Assembly (NCBI RefSeq): GCF_006345805.1
Contig: NC_043000.1
Span: forward strand, 14,384,001-14,448,000
Direction of reading: 5' to 3'
Source of the DNA: Octopus sinensis
Lineage: Eukaryota
Length of the DNA: 64,000 bases
Program-made: the position numbers and the translations under genes
Notes under the pieces: generated by a model
The model's input: only the letters and a program-made list of their open reading frames with translations
The model's database searches: none
Told to the model about the DNA's origin: nothing
Shown: positions 1-13,247 of the stretch, one piece after another
Numbering within the stretch: the stretch's first letter is position 1
Layout: each line of letters begins with the position of its first letter

Positions 1-79
1 ACGTTAATTTCACGAGCAGGATGTTCCGTTGATTCGGATCAACCGGAACCCTCATCGTCGTAACCGACAGAGTGCTTCC
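1..79 (+). mobile_element. SINE-A, 3' end only (cut by window edge)
   Basis: Matches the 3' end (…ggaaccctc.tcgtcgtaaccgac.gagtgcttcc) of full copies such as 25971-26356. Confidence 0.9.
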
Positions 80-84
80 ATATT

Positions 85-130
<46 letters not shown>

Positions 131-1189
131 GATAGAGAGAGAGAGAGGATGAGAGAGACACGCATTTTGCAATCATGTATCTGTTTGCCTGTATTCAAGT
201 GTATGTATCTGTACATATATGTGCATGTGTGGTGGTGGTGGTAGGGATACATGCACGTGTGTCTGTGTAAAAGGAGGCGTTGCTATTGTTGTCGTTGTTG
301 ATTTTATTAACCTTTCCGTTTATATTACGCAATAAGACAAAATCGTTTTGAAGTGAACTCAAATTTGTTCAGGAAAATTTAGGTAGATTATTTTTGACGA
401 GTGTCGAATAACAAACATGTGTTTGGTGTGAGGAAGAAAGCAATTGGCGTTACAGAAGGATGATATCTTGTTTGCTTTGTGGTACAAAATCCTGTTGTAA
501 CGATAGAATCACTGTTTCATTGGTCGATTTCAGCTGACGTATGTCGGCGACTTTTAATATCACCACAGATGAGAGATAATTTTTAAAAACTATTCGTCTA
601 ACCTGGCTGCTATTGCCGATCTTGTGATGAATTAATGGCGATGTTGAAAGCTAATGGAAGCTTGTCAAGTTATCGCCATTGTTTCGCATCGCATTCGATT
701 ATTAGTATCGCTTTAGTCTTTATTGTTTTTGTGTAAAGATTACATCAAACAGATTAGTAGACATTATCGTAAAAATTAAAGAGCCTATCAGATAATATTT
801 TCCGTATCTTTTGTTTGTGAAGTCAGAGAGCAAAAATCGGTCGATAACGCTAAAATTTATCGTAGGAAATTAAACCCACGACATTATTAAATAATGTTTA
901 CTATATGCAATAAAGCTTTTACTTCTGTCTATCATTTCTGCTTATTTTTCTAAATCTAAAACTTGTTTGCGCACTTCTAATGTCTGAGAAATTTGCGCAA
1001 CTGAGCAAGTTTACAGCAGTGGATGCGAAACTAAACTAAAAACAAAAAACAAACAAAAAATATATAAACAAAATTACATTAGAGAAGAGATCAGAAACAT
1101 TGATGTAAGCAGATTTATGTATTTTTTTAAATAAATGTTTCTTTAATGATTGCTGCTTGGTGAACACAACTTAATATTCATCTAAGAAC

Positions 1190-1308
<119 letters not shown>

Positions 1309-2362
1309 CATGGGGATTGCTCCATCTTCACAGATGATTACTGTCTTCCCTCGCTATCAATGATATTTCTAACATTCCGTCCATGACCTCTCAGATGACT
1401 ATTCAGTTCTGCTGCAGAACTGCAGAACTTGAAGCATAGGCGAGAGATGATAGTTGTAATTTACTGTGCACCTCCAACTGGTTAGGTCTGTAGACGTTGT
1501 CACTCTTCCATTGCCAGGACTTTCAGTAGATGGAATGACGAATGAGGTCACCATAAAGAGAGACATCTGTACTTAATTGCTGTATAGTGATAGACGCTTG
1601 TACAATACGAACAACACTCTCCGAGTCTCCGTAGTTAGTACTTAGTGACAGGCCGAAGTGAGATGACCAATAAATCACGTGAAACCGCAGATTTTACATC
1701 AGAATGTTTCTCTCCGAGAAGGATGTTCTGACAACAGTGAGGGGTCCCTCATTCCTGGTGATGTTACTGCGCAACTTGGCACCAACCAAGGTTAATTCTG
1801 CGGCTCCTCGTTCAGGTGGACTGTGATCACATACGCTAGTTAACCTGACTGGTGCTACTACTACGAGCCAAAATAAACCTGGTAACAATTGCATCTAAGA
1901 GATGGTCCCACATTCCTAAAAAAAAACTGGACTTTCTGAATCACAGCCCCACTATTGGATGCAGTTTAAGGTCATATCTAGGACTGTATATACTCTCCCC
2001 CACCACACACACATGTCTGTCTGTATGTATGTATGTATGTATGTATATGTGTGTATGTATGTGTGTATGTATGGCAATCTTTATATCTGACTTAATATAG
2101 ATCTGTTATTAGAACATCGTATACTGCGGTATTCGCCTTGAGAGATCCTCTCGTATACACGTGCAGTGTTAAGAGCACAAAAAACATCATTTGAAGTCGA
2201 GAATCATTTTGTATGAACGCTGGAACAATCAGATCACGTGATCTCTGTATACATACGCAGCTTCAGTGGCAGGCTTCCACTCGCCGCATGCCAATCACTG
2301 AACAGTGAGTGTCATTCACTATATGGATTCCTGTCACTAAAGAAGTACGCTGTATGTATACA

Positions 2363-3364
2363 CAGGGTGGGGCAGAGAGGACGGACGTTTTTGAAAGGGT
2401 TATTACTCAGCCTCAGCGGGAGGGACATATGCTCGACAGGTACCATTCGTTCCGTAGTGTCTTAGCATTTATTTTTTTTTATTTTCAGGCGAAGCTAATG
2501 ACGCTGTGGACGATAGTGCATTGCATGTTTACCTACGACAGTTACGCGTCATACAAGCTTTGATACGGAGTCCGAATCGTTCCACTCGGAGGCATTCCAC
2601 TGAACTTAGTATCGGTAATCGATCGGTAAGGCGTATTTTGCATGAAGACCTGCATTTCCACCCGTACAAATTGGTCACTGGGCAACAGTTGAAACAATGG
2701 GACTATCATCATCATCATTGTTCGACCGTGGTCGAGACAGTGGAATTTACCATGCTACGCCAGACTTCACGGTCCATCATGGCATTACGGAGGTCCTGTT
2801 GCTGGATGCCTGTATCCCTGGAGATTACATCAGGGTAGGAGAGTGTGCGCCCTCTGGTATTGCGAGTAGATGGCTTCCAGAGGAGAAGAGTAGAAATTAC
2901 TTCTTTTTCAGCTCTACAACAATGTCCAGCAAACTGGACTCTCCTACCTTTCACAAGAGTTGACACAGGTGGTAGTTTCCCATATATTTGCATTTTGGTT
3001 GGATGGCGCTTCCACGAGAGATTTTGAGCTCTCATAAGGAGGCGAGTGTAGGTTCCATCCAACCGCCTCTCAAGCTTCTTTGATAACGTCCAGGTTTCTG
3101 AGCCATATAGTAGAATTGGTTCGACTGTGGCTTTGAAGATGGGACTATACACAGAGCAATGCTGGAGAGAGCGGAGGCCAACTTCCAAGAACGGCTTCAG
3201 AAAGACATCAAACGGACACCACGTGACGGATGTTGCTTTCCACACTTGATATCGACCACTGCCAATTCAATACGAACACATTGATGTCAATAAAATCTGT
3301 TTGCAGCTAAAATTAATGATTGTGTGAAGTTTTCAAAAACGTCCGTCCTCTCTGCCCCACCCTA
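2363..3364 (+). mobile_element. Internally deleted Tc1/mariner-superfamily transposon, interrupted by an RTE fragment
   Basis: Perfect 33-bp TIRs (2364-2396 / 3331-3363) and TA at the right end; ORF 2506-2838 starts with the transposase HTH motif RSPNRSTRRHSTELSIGNRSVRRILHEDLHFHPYKL. Confidence 0.88.
2705..3250 (-). mobile_element. 5'-truncated RTE-clade LINE, 3' end
   Basis: ORF 2715-3245 with LLYGSETWTL…RRVQFAGHC (RTE C-terminus), followed by a (GAT)n tail. Confidence 0.9.
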
Positions 3365-3366
3365 TA

Positions 3367-3760
3367 TCGTTATATATAAAACTGTAGTTGTGTGAGTGTC
3401 TGTCCCCTTCGATTTAGATTCCTAACTACTCCCACATTTTGCGGTGCAGTTTAACCAAAACCGGGTATCTTATAGTCGGGAATCATATCGAGCCCTTCTG
3501 GCTATTAGCGCGCGTCTACGATGAGTCTACGATTTTAAAACTAATTTACCATCATTTTTTACCATTTTCATGCATATTTTTTAAAGGGAAGTAACTCTCT
3601 AAAAATGTCTACGATGCGTCAACGATTTAAAAAAAAAATTACCATCATATTTTTTCCATTTTTAATGCATTTTTTTGCTATTTTTTGGCTATAACTTTCT
3701 AAAAATGCTGTATAGTTATTTCCCTTACACCACCCGAGCAACGCCGGGCGATACTGCTAG
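3367..3760 (+). mobile_element. Non-autonomous Helitron-like element
   Basis: A^TC 5' end, subterminal hairpin cccgagcaacgccggg (3733-3748), CTAG^T 3' end. Confidence 0.75.
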
Positions 3761-3814
<54 letters not shown>

Positions 3815-3865
3815 AGTATTTTTTGCGTAATAAGATAAAAACCAAGCCTTTATAGATATTAGAGC

Positions 3866-3900
<35 letters not shown>

Positions 3901-4149
3901 TACCAAATGAAAACAGCAGTAAGACCTTCTATCTATAAATGCTCTAATATCTATAAAGCCTTGGTTTTTATCTTATTACACAAAATATTCTTATATACAC
4001 ACTCTGACATAGAACCAACTTTGAACCCTTTATTCGCAATATTACCGAATCTGGAACTTAACTATGGTCTGTCTATAGCACTTATTCAGCATTACCTGAC
4101 ACCTTTCGTCTCAATCACACCATTATCTCTTATAACCCCAACTTCTCGC

Positions 4150-4209
<60 letters not shown>

Positions 4210-4269
4210 TGTGTGTACAGGATGAGATGAACAAACTGTCATCTAAATTACACAAAAATAAAAATAACA

Positions 4270-4497
4270 CTGAGATCTTATTTTAACAGATATATTTACC
4301 AAATTTACATAAAAATAGCTTATAATACTAAAGAGTAACTTTATTCAATAGAATTGCCATTGGTTCCAAACAACTTCGGAATCCCCTGCGATTCTTCTGG
4401 GCGGTCTCCTTGTTTAAGTTGGTGAATGCTGCCATAATCCTTCCCTTCAGTTCATCTTCGGTGCTACAAGGAGTTTTGTTGGTCTCTCGCTCAACAT
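4270..4497 (-). pseudogene. maT-like Tc1/mariner transposase C-terminal fragment
   Basis: Minus translation VERETNKTPCSTEDELKGRIMAAF, similar to the C-terminus of the 11706-12949 element. Confidence 0.7.
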
Positions 4498-4520
4498 GAA
4501 CTACTATTGGAACTTACATA

Positions 4521-4726
4521 CTTATTTCTTTACTACCCACAAGGGGCTAAACACAGAGAGGACAAACAAGAACAGACAAACGGATTAAGTCGATTACATT
4601 GAGCCCAGTGCGTAACTGGTACTTATTTAATCGACCCCGGCGGAATTTGAACTCAGAACGTAGCGGCAGACGAAACACCGCTAAACATTTCGCCCGGCGT
4701 ACTAACGATTCTGCCAGCTCGCCGCC
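4521..4726 (-). mobile_element. SINE-B (tRNA-derived), monomer with internal deletion
   Basis: Head ggcggcgagctggcagaa, B-box gagttcaaattcc, tail …gccccttgtgggtagtaaagaaata. Confidence 0.9.
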
Positions 4727-5019
4727 CTTTACAAGAAACTTTTTTTACCACTTCTATACACCACTTTCCTAGAATAATGGAACTGCAACTACAATATCTT
4801 TATATATTTTATATTTCATTTCTACTTTCATTCTCTTATTTCCCTCTATATTCCCTATCTCCTCCTTTTCCATAATAATTACTTATTTCGAATTCAAATA
4901 TTTACCTCTGTTTAACCATCTCACATCGTCTCTGAAACAGCTGTAAGACTAGATCTATATCATTTTCCTTATAAATGTCCCGAAAAATCCTCACAGCCTA
5001 GACTTTGTTATCTCATTTG

Positions 5020-5307
<288 letters not shown>

Positions 5308-5871
5308 AAAGAAAGAGGCATAGTTGAATAGCCTACTTCTCAACTACTTTAACAACACTACTACCGTACTCTCTCACCATTAACTGCCTCTATATTAAAA
5401 GAAAAAAAAAGAAGAAGCAAAAAATGGTTGCCATTGAGCCACAGCTAGACTCAACAATGGCGCCTAACAATTGACTCAGAAATTTAACCGGAGTTATTCG
5501 TTTTCGATTGCAACTATAATAACAACAACTAAAACTACAACAGCAGCATCATAACGAACAACAAAATCAAAAATTTCAACTAAGTAAGAAGAAGAACAAC
5601 AACAACAGCAGCAGCAGCAACAACAAAACAATAACATTAGCAATAGCATTAGGAACAATGTGAAATAATGCTGCATCAGTGAAAAACATATCAGCAAAAG
5701 TCGGCAACATGTCTGCCGTATCATCAAACGTGTACTCAGTATCACATTTCTGGAGTTAGATTATCTTCTGTCTCCAACATACTTCTTCACTTGCTTTCAT
5801 CTTTACCAATCCGGTGTCTTTTTTCGATCACTCCCATGCTTTCCTCCCTCTCGTTATATATATACATGCCT

Positions 5872-7021
5872 GCATACACACATACATACATACATACATA
5901 CATACATACATACATACATACATACATACATACATACATACATACATACAGAGTACATACATACATACAGAGTACATACATACATGCATACATACATACA
6001 TACATACATAGATACATGCATGCATGCATACATACATACATACATATATACATACATACAGAGTACATACATACATACATACATACTACATACAGAGTAC
6101 ATACAAACATGCACACATACATACATGCATGCATACATACATACATACATACATACATACAGAGTACATACATGCATACATACATACATACATACATACA
6201 TACACACATACATACATACATACAGAGTACATACATACATGCATACATACATACATACAGAGTACATACATACATACATGCATACATACATTCATACATG
6301 CATGCTTGCATACATACATACATACATACATACATGCATGCATGCATACATACATACATACATACATACATACAGAGTACATACATACATACATGCATAC
6401 ATACATTCATACATGCATGCATGCATACATACATACATACATACATACATACATACATACATACATACATACATACATACATACATGCATGCATGCATGC
6501 ATACATACATACATACATACATATATACATACATACAGAGTACATACATACATACATACATACATACATACATACAGAGTACATACAAACATGCATACAT
6601 ACATACATGCATGCATACATACATACATACATACATACATACATACATACATACATACATACAGAGTACATACATGCATACATACATACATACATACATA
6701 CACACATACATACAGAGTACATACATACATGCATACATACATACATACATGCATGCATGCATGCATACATACATACATACATACATACAGAGTACATACA
6801 TACATACATGCATATATACATACATACAGAGTACATGCATACATACATTCATACATGCATGCATGCATACATACATACATACATACATACATGCATGCAT
6901 GCATGCATACATACATACATACATACATGCATGCATGCATGCATACATACATACATACATATATACATACATACATACATACATACATACATACATACAT
7001 ACATACATGCATGCATGCATG

Positions 7022-7053
<32 letters not shown>

Positions 7054-7290
7054 CATACATACATACATACATACGAACGTACGTACGTACGTACATATAT
7101 ACATACATACATACATACATACATGCATACGTGTGTGTACATACATATACATACACATATATACATACATACATACACACACACATATAAGCATATATAT
7201 ACATATATACATACATTCATATATACATACACATACGCACACACATACGCACACACATACACGTATATATGTATGTAGATAGACACACAG
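5872..7290. repeat. ~1.4-kb compound (TACA)n/(TGCA)n array with recurrent cagagta interruptions
   Basis: Direct reading; explains all poly-IHTY/VCMY ORFs. Confidence 0.97.
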
Positions 7291-7344
7291 ACAGGCACGC
7301 AGGCAGACATGCACATAACCAGGTAGATAAATAGATGGATAATT

Positions 7345-7704
<360 letters not shown>

Positions 7705-7776
7705 TGTTTCTTTATTAGCCACACAGGGCTGCACACAGATAGAACAAATTACAAGGTAGAGCTTTTCTTTTGAAGG

Positions 7777-7812
<36 letters not shown>

Positions 7813-7995
7813 ATCGTAAAAGGAGAGAAAGAGGACAAAAAAAAAAAGGGGGGAGAGGAAAAAAAATGATCAATAGGGATCGTTATCACAGAAATGTCAA
7901 TATGAAGTGTAAAGGGGAGGACAGGTGAGGTTTACCCGTGGAAAGAAAAGCCTGCGGAAAAGACCACGGTAACCTCGGTCAATGAAGTCACATTT
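7705..7995 (-). mobile_element. LINE-like 3' UTR fragment with (TCTA)n tail, family unassigned
   Basis: Minus strand ends …gccctgtgtggctaataaagaaacata(tcta)n; flanked by AGAT arrays; tail resembles SINE-B tail. Confidence 0.55.
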
Positions 7996-8027
7996 TATAT
8001 TTCTTTTTTTTTTTTTTTTTTTTGCAA

Positions 8028-8147
<120 letters not shown>

Positions 8148-8743
8148 AATAAGTAGATATATGTAAATATGTAAATACATATGTAAATACACATACTCTC
8201 ACTCTCTCTCTCTCTCTCTCTCACACATAAATACACACAAACATACAGATATAAAAAGTGAGAGAGTGTATGTGTGAGAGAGAGAGAGAGAAATAATGCC
8301 CAACTTTTATGCTCGGGTAACCCTACAGCTTCCAAGAGCACAACTGTGTTCGTTTTTGCTTAGATAAAATGACAAAATTGTGGATGTTAAGTCCCCATAG
8401 AGGGGTCTTTCTAACTTTGTAAGAAGATGAAATTTTATAAATATTACTTCATATTATCATATCTGTGGTTAAAAGGGAGGGAGGGAGAGAAAGATATGTT
8501 TTTTTTTTTTTGTAAGTTTCTTACAAAACTATGTTTAAACAGGTACTGCGTTATCTTGTGAGAATCAAGCTGAGAAAACACACGTACTGGTTATAATTCA
8601 CGTTACAATAAATAAATAAATAATATACATTTATTCATTTATCAAACATTTCCACCACTTAACTGTTGTCATTTCAATGATTTTTTTTCATGACTGTCTT
8701 TTCTACTTGATATTGACCTGTATATTGCTGGGGTTGTGATTAG

Positions 8744-9236
8744 TTAGTTAGTTAGTTAATTTTATTGCTCAAAAATCAAAAAGCAAGGCCATGTAGGGGG
8801 ACATGGAGTTATGTACAGGGTGGTGTTCATGTAAAGAGTTCAGGCCACTTGAGGTCAAGGGAGACTTTGAACCGAGCGGTCTTCGGCATCTTCACCATCT
8901 CGTCTGGCAGCTTGTTCCACGGATCTGCAACCCGGACGGAGAAAGCCCCTCTCCTTCGATTGAGAAGAAATCGTCGCAGATAGAGCTTTTCAGAGTGACC
9001 TCGCAGCCGACGCTCTGGAGCAGGAGTGAAGAACAGCTCTTTCGAGAGGTTACACTTTCCGCTTATGATGTCGTGAGCAAGAATGAGATCACCACGGCGT
9101 CGTCGTTTTTCTAAAGAATAAAGGTCGAGCGTCTTCGGCCTTTCTTCATAAGACAAATTTTTGAGACCAAGAACCATGCGGGTAGCCAGCTTCTGGACTC
9201 TTTGGGTACATGCAAGTATATACACACCTGCTCTAG
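8744..9236 (-). mobile_element. 5'-truncated CR1-clade LINE, 3' end
   Basis: ORF 8827-9225 with QRVQKLATRMV…YEER..LDLYSLEKRRRRGDLI…AFSVRVADPWNKLP; (TAAC)n tail after aataaa. Confidence 0.92.
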
Positions 9237-9257
9237 CGTTTCTATATGGCCAGTGTA

Positions 9258-9302
<45 letters not shown>

Positions 9303-9534
9303 ATATGTGTGAGTGTGTTTCAGAGTCTGTCCTTGTTTGTGATAGTTCTTGTTGCGTTCCTTCAGGTCAGGTAAGGGAGCGATTCGACAAAGAGATAACA
9401 ATAAATTATGTGTCAAAGTGAAATAATTTCCAAGCCAGTCGAGCCCATTAAGCTCCTGACGGTAATGCTCAGGCGTGGCCACAGTCATATGACTGAAATC
9501 AGTAAAAGTATAAAAGATATACATATATATAACT

Positions 9535-9665
9535 TAGCGGTTCGGCAAAAGACCGATAGAATAAGTACTAGGCTTACATAGAATAAGTCCTGGGGTCGAT
9601 GTGCTTGACTAAAGGCGGTGCTCCAGCATGGCTGCAGCCAAATGACTGAAACAAGTAAAAGAGTT
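9535..9665 (+). mobile_element. SINE-C 3' tail fragment
   Basis: ttagcggttcggcaaaaga…ggtgctccagcatggc…gactgaaacaagtaaaagag. Confidence 0.85.
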
Positions 9666-10295
9666 TATATACACAGACACATACATACACACACACACAC
9701 GTATATCTATATATACACATTTATGTATATATGTGTGCGTGCGTGAAGGTATGTATGTATGTATGTATGTATATAGATGTGTGTATACACACACACAAAC
9801 ACGCACGCACACACACGCACGCATGCACACACACGCACGCATGCACACACACGCACGCATGCACATACACGCACGCATGCACATACACCCCCCCCCCCCA
9901 CACACACATACACTCAACCAAACATACACACATACACACACAAAGAAACACAAACGCACAGTGGTTATTCCCCCTTTTATTCTTATAGAATAAATTAAGA
10001 CATTTCTTTTTTGCTAACTATCCATTTTCTTCAATAAATTGTAAAAAAACAAACACGTCATACTTAATCTTTTTTATTTTATTTTATTCAATAATATTCC
10101 AATTGCATACGTGTTACAATCTCTCGTTAGTGCAATTTTTCAAATTAAAATTTAGCGGAAAATTATATTTTTGCGAAGTAATGGAAATTAGCTAAGTTAC
10201 AGGTAGTATTAATTTCAAAAAGATATGCGCCTTCATAATGAATTTCAAGAAGCAAAATATTACACAGGTTTAGAATGAAAGGGAAGAAGATTGTG

Positions 10296-10347
<52 letters not shown>

Positions 10348-10421
10348 AAATATTAGGGAATAAATCCAAACTTACAGGGAAAAATCAGATTTAGGATTGA
10401 ATCCAATTTTATAGTAAAATA

Positions 10422-10713
10422 TTATATTATATTAAATTAGAGATAAAACCACTATTAGGCAAATCAAACAATGAAAAACTTAAGCTAATACATAAAATTA
10501 ATTAATTTATATTATTTTAAATATATATCAAAATTATTAAAAGTTTAATAAAAGATAATGTTTTTGGATTGCAGTGAACAACTTCGCATGTAAAAAAACT
10601 TTTAATAATTTTGATATATATTTAAAATAATATAAATTAATTAATTTTATGTATTGGCTTGAGTTTTTCATTGTTTGATTTGCCTAATAGTGGTTTTATC
10701 TCTAATTTAATAT

Positions 10714-10720
<7 letters not shown>
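10422..10720. repeat. Foldback: ~125-bp inverted arms (10422-10546 / 10596-10720), ~3 mismatches
   Basis: Direct reverse-complement comparison. Confidence 0.9.
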
Positions 10721-10780
<60 letters not shown>

Positions 10781-10781
10781 G

Positions 10782-11306
10782 CAGCAAAATTTAGGAACGG
10801 CCATAATAGGCCGTTCAACCCACTAGAAATAGCAGCCAAGGCTTCAACCGCAAAACAATATTAATTCCGTAAACCAGGAGAAAATTTAAAAACATTTACC
10901 CTGTAATACCTTATACAATGCATCGTTTCGTCTATTTTTAATGGTAAATCAACTTGATTAAATTAAATCAAGCTAATCTTCCATAGGCCAATAAATTCAT
11001 CAGTAAGGTAAGCCAGACGGGACAGATATTTGCACGAGGCAGCTCCACTACTGTCTCGGCTATATCTGACCTAAAATTTTCAAATCATCGTACTCGCGCC
11101 AAATTTATCGGCAGCAAATATAAGCTGCCGATTCCATTTCGGAATTAAACAGAAAATTCATAATTAATCAATATAGGGTGGCAAAAGAATTCAGCAGAAA
11201 TTATTTGCCACCAGCGGCCTAGTGGGAAAAAGTAAATAGTCAGAGACCATTAATAAATTCAACAGCAAAATTTAGGAACGGCCATAATAGGCCGTTCAAC
11301 CCACTA
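10782..11306 (-). mobile_element. Short non-coding element with 44-bp terminal direct repeats (period 481 bp) carrying a hammerhead; retrozyme/Penelope-like
   Basis: Identical 44-mers at 10782-10825 and 11263-11306, internal hammerhead fold, (TA)n flanks, inverted tail 11312-11435. Confidence 0.65.
10907..11010 (-). ncRNA. Type I hammerhead ribozyme, canonical core, extended stem II
   Basis: Minus strand: UACCUUA-CUGAUGA-[~67-nt stem II]-GAAA-CGA(UGCA)UUG-UA-UAAGGUA; 7-bp stem I, 4-bp stem III, GUA site; A.C mismatch at 10.1-11.1. Confidence 0.85.
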
Positions 11307-11435
11307 AATTTTGGCCGTTCCTAAATTTTGCTGTTGAATTTATTAATGGTCTCTGACTATTTACTTTTTCCCACTAGGCCGCTGGTGGCAAATAATTTCT
11401 GCTGAATTCTTTTGCCACCCTATATTGATTAATTA
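11161..11435. repeat. Perfect 124-bp inverted repeat with 27-nt spacer
   Basis: 11161-11284 is the exact reverse complement of 11312-11435. Confidence 0.95.
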
Positions 11436-11705
11436 TATATATATATATATATATCTTGGTAGTACATGTTCGATTTCTTTTGCTTTAGAAATCATGAATT
11501 TAGGTGTATGCAAGATCATACATCTAAATTTAAACTCTAGCTTGGTTCAGAGTTGTTCACTGCAACCCAAAAACATAAGTAAATATTGAGTTTTCATATA
11601 AATTCGTTCGTTTCATCCCCAAATATAACAATGTCTGTTTCAATCAACACACGTATTCACATCAAGAATTTTGCATACAAATACATTTACGTGTGTTTAC
11701 ATATA

Positions 11706-12949
11706 CAGGCTGCGTAAGATATTTAAGGGCAGATTTATGTTTATATAAAAAAAAGCAGATATATAACAGATAACTTTATCAAAAAGTGCTATGAGGATAA
11801 AAATAAACCTTTTCTCTAATGTTATTCAAGAAAGCCACCTTCAGCTTCAACAACTGCAATATCAGATCTAAATCATTTACATGCTCGAATCAAGTGGTGC
11901 TGGTTCATTTTGGATATTATCCTGACTATGGCAGCTTTCAAAGAATCTTTGGTGTTATGAGCGTGTTCATTGACCTCTCTCTCAACAAGGCTCCATATGT
12001 AATAGTCCAATGGTTTGGGATCTGGGAAATTAGGAGGCCAGATGTTAGGGGTTATGTAATCATGAAAATTCTCAACCATCAATTCCTGTGTTACTACAGC
12101 CATGTATGATAGTGCAGAGTCTTACTGAAACACATATGGCCTTCCATAGCATACACTGTCTATCCAGGGCTTAACAATTTTTTCCAGGACCTCAATGTAT
12201 GCGGCCGAATTAACTCTAAGGCCTTGCGGAAAAAGTAAGGAGGCATCACATCTCCTTCATCACTGACAACCCCCAAAACCATGACAGTTACAGGAAATTT
12301 TGTAAGCATAACACTTGTAACTTCAAAAGGGTCTGCACATAACCATTTGTCATTTCTTCTGTTAACTTTTTGATCTTGGTCGAAGCTTTTCTCGTTTGAG
12401 AAAAACCAAATCAATTCTTCTGCTGGATTTTTCAGTTTGTTAAGAGCCTTTTAGATCTGATGTATCGATTTTCTTTTGCTTTTTGACAAATTTACCTTTC
12501 CTTATATAAAAACTTATATCCGATGTCTTCGTGGACAACATTTCTGACTGCTCCTTCAGACACATGGTGATCTTTTGCAACTGACCTCATGGAATTTCTG
12601 GGATTATAATCAATAGTCTGTTGAACATGCTGGATAAATTCAGGTGTTCTGATGACTTCAGAGTGTTTAGAATGCTTTTTATGCTTTGATACTGGTGATA
12701 CGTTTCCATTTTCAGTCCCTAGCTCCTTACAAACTTTGTAGACGAAAGATCTGGCAACTTTTAAAAATCGAGATATTTCTAAATCGCTATGCTCAGACTT
12801 TATAACCACAATAACAGCATACCCCTTCATTTCTTGAGTAAGATGAAGGTCTGCCATTATTATTTTCTGAAACAAAGATTATGTAGAGTTAGCAAAAAAT
12901 GCAGCAATGGCCTCCAAAAGCTATGACCTCAAATACTATACGCATCATG
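11706..12949 (-). mobile_element. Decayed maT-like (DD37D-type) Tc1/mariner transposon
   Basis: ORF pieces 12492-12875 (HTH), 12160-12414 (FSNEKSF…VMVLGVVSDEGDVMPPYFF), 11873-12103 (WPPNFPDPKPLDY); degenerate ~29-bp TIRs with TA on both sides. Confidence 0.88.
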
Positions 12950-13014
12950 TACATACATACATACATACTACATACATCATACATACATACATACAGACAT
13001 ACATACAGACATAC

Positions 13015-13045
<31 letters not shown>

Positions 13046-13209
13046 ATATATATTATATATATATACGAAATCACAGGTGATACAAGACTAAATTCATTTT
13101 TTAAATGTCTTGCTTTGAAAAATTGCATTGGTAAGATTAGTAAAATTTTTGGTAGAAATTACTAATGTCCCTCTTAGCGTGTGGCATGTATATATAATAA
13201 TGCCCTCTT

Positions 13210-13243
<34 letters not shown>

Positions 13244-13247
<4 letters not shown>

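Noticed and set aside
1385-1470. Hammerhead-like CAGAUGA…hairpin…GAGA
   Set aside because: Two core mismatches and no stem I or III
1320-2010. LTR plus primer-binding site
   Set aside because: aataaa and …aca tcagaa are suggestive, but there is no second LTR, TSD or gag homology
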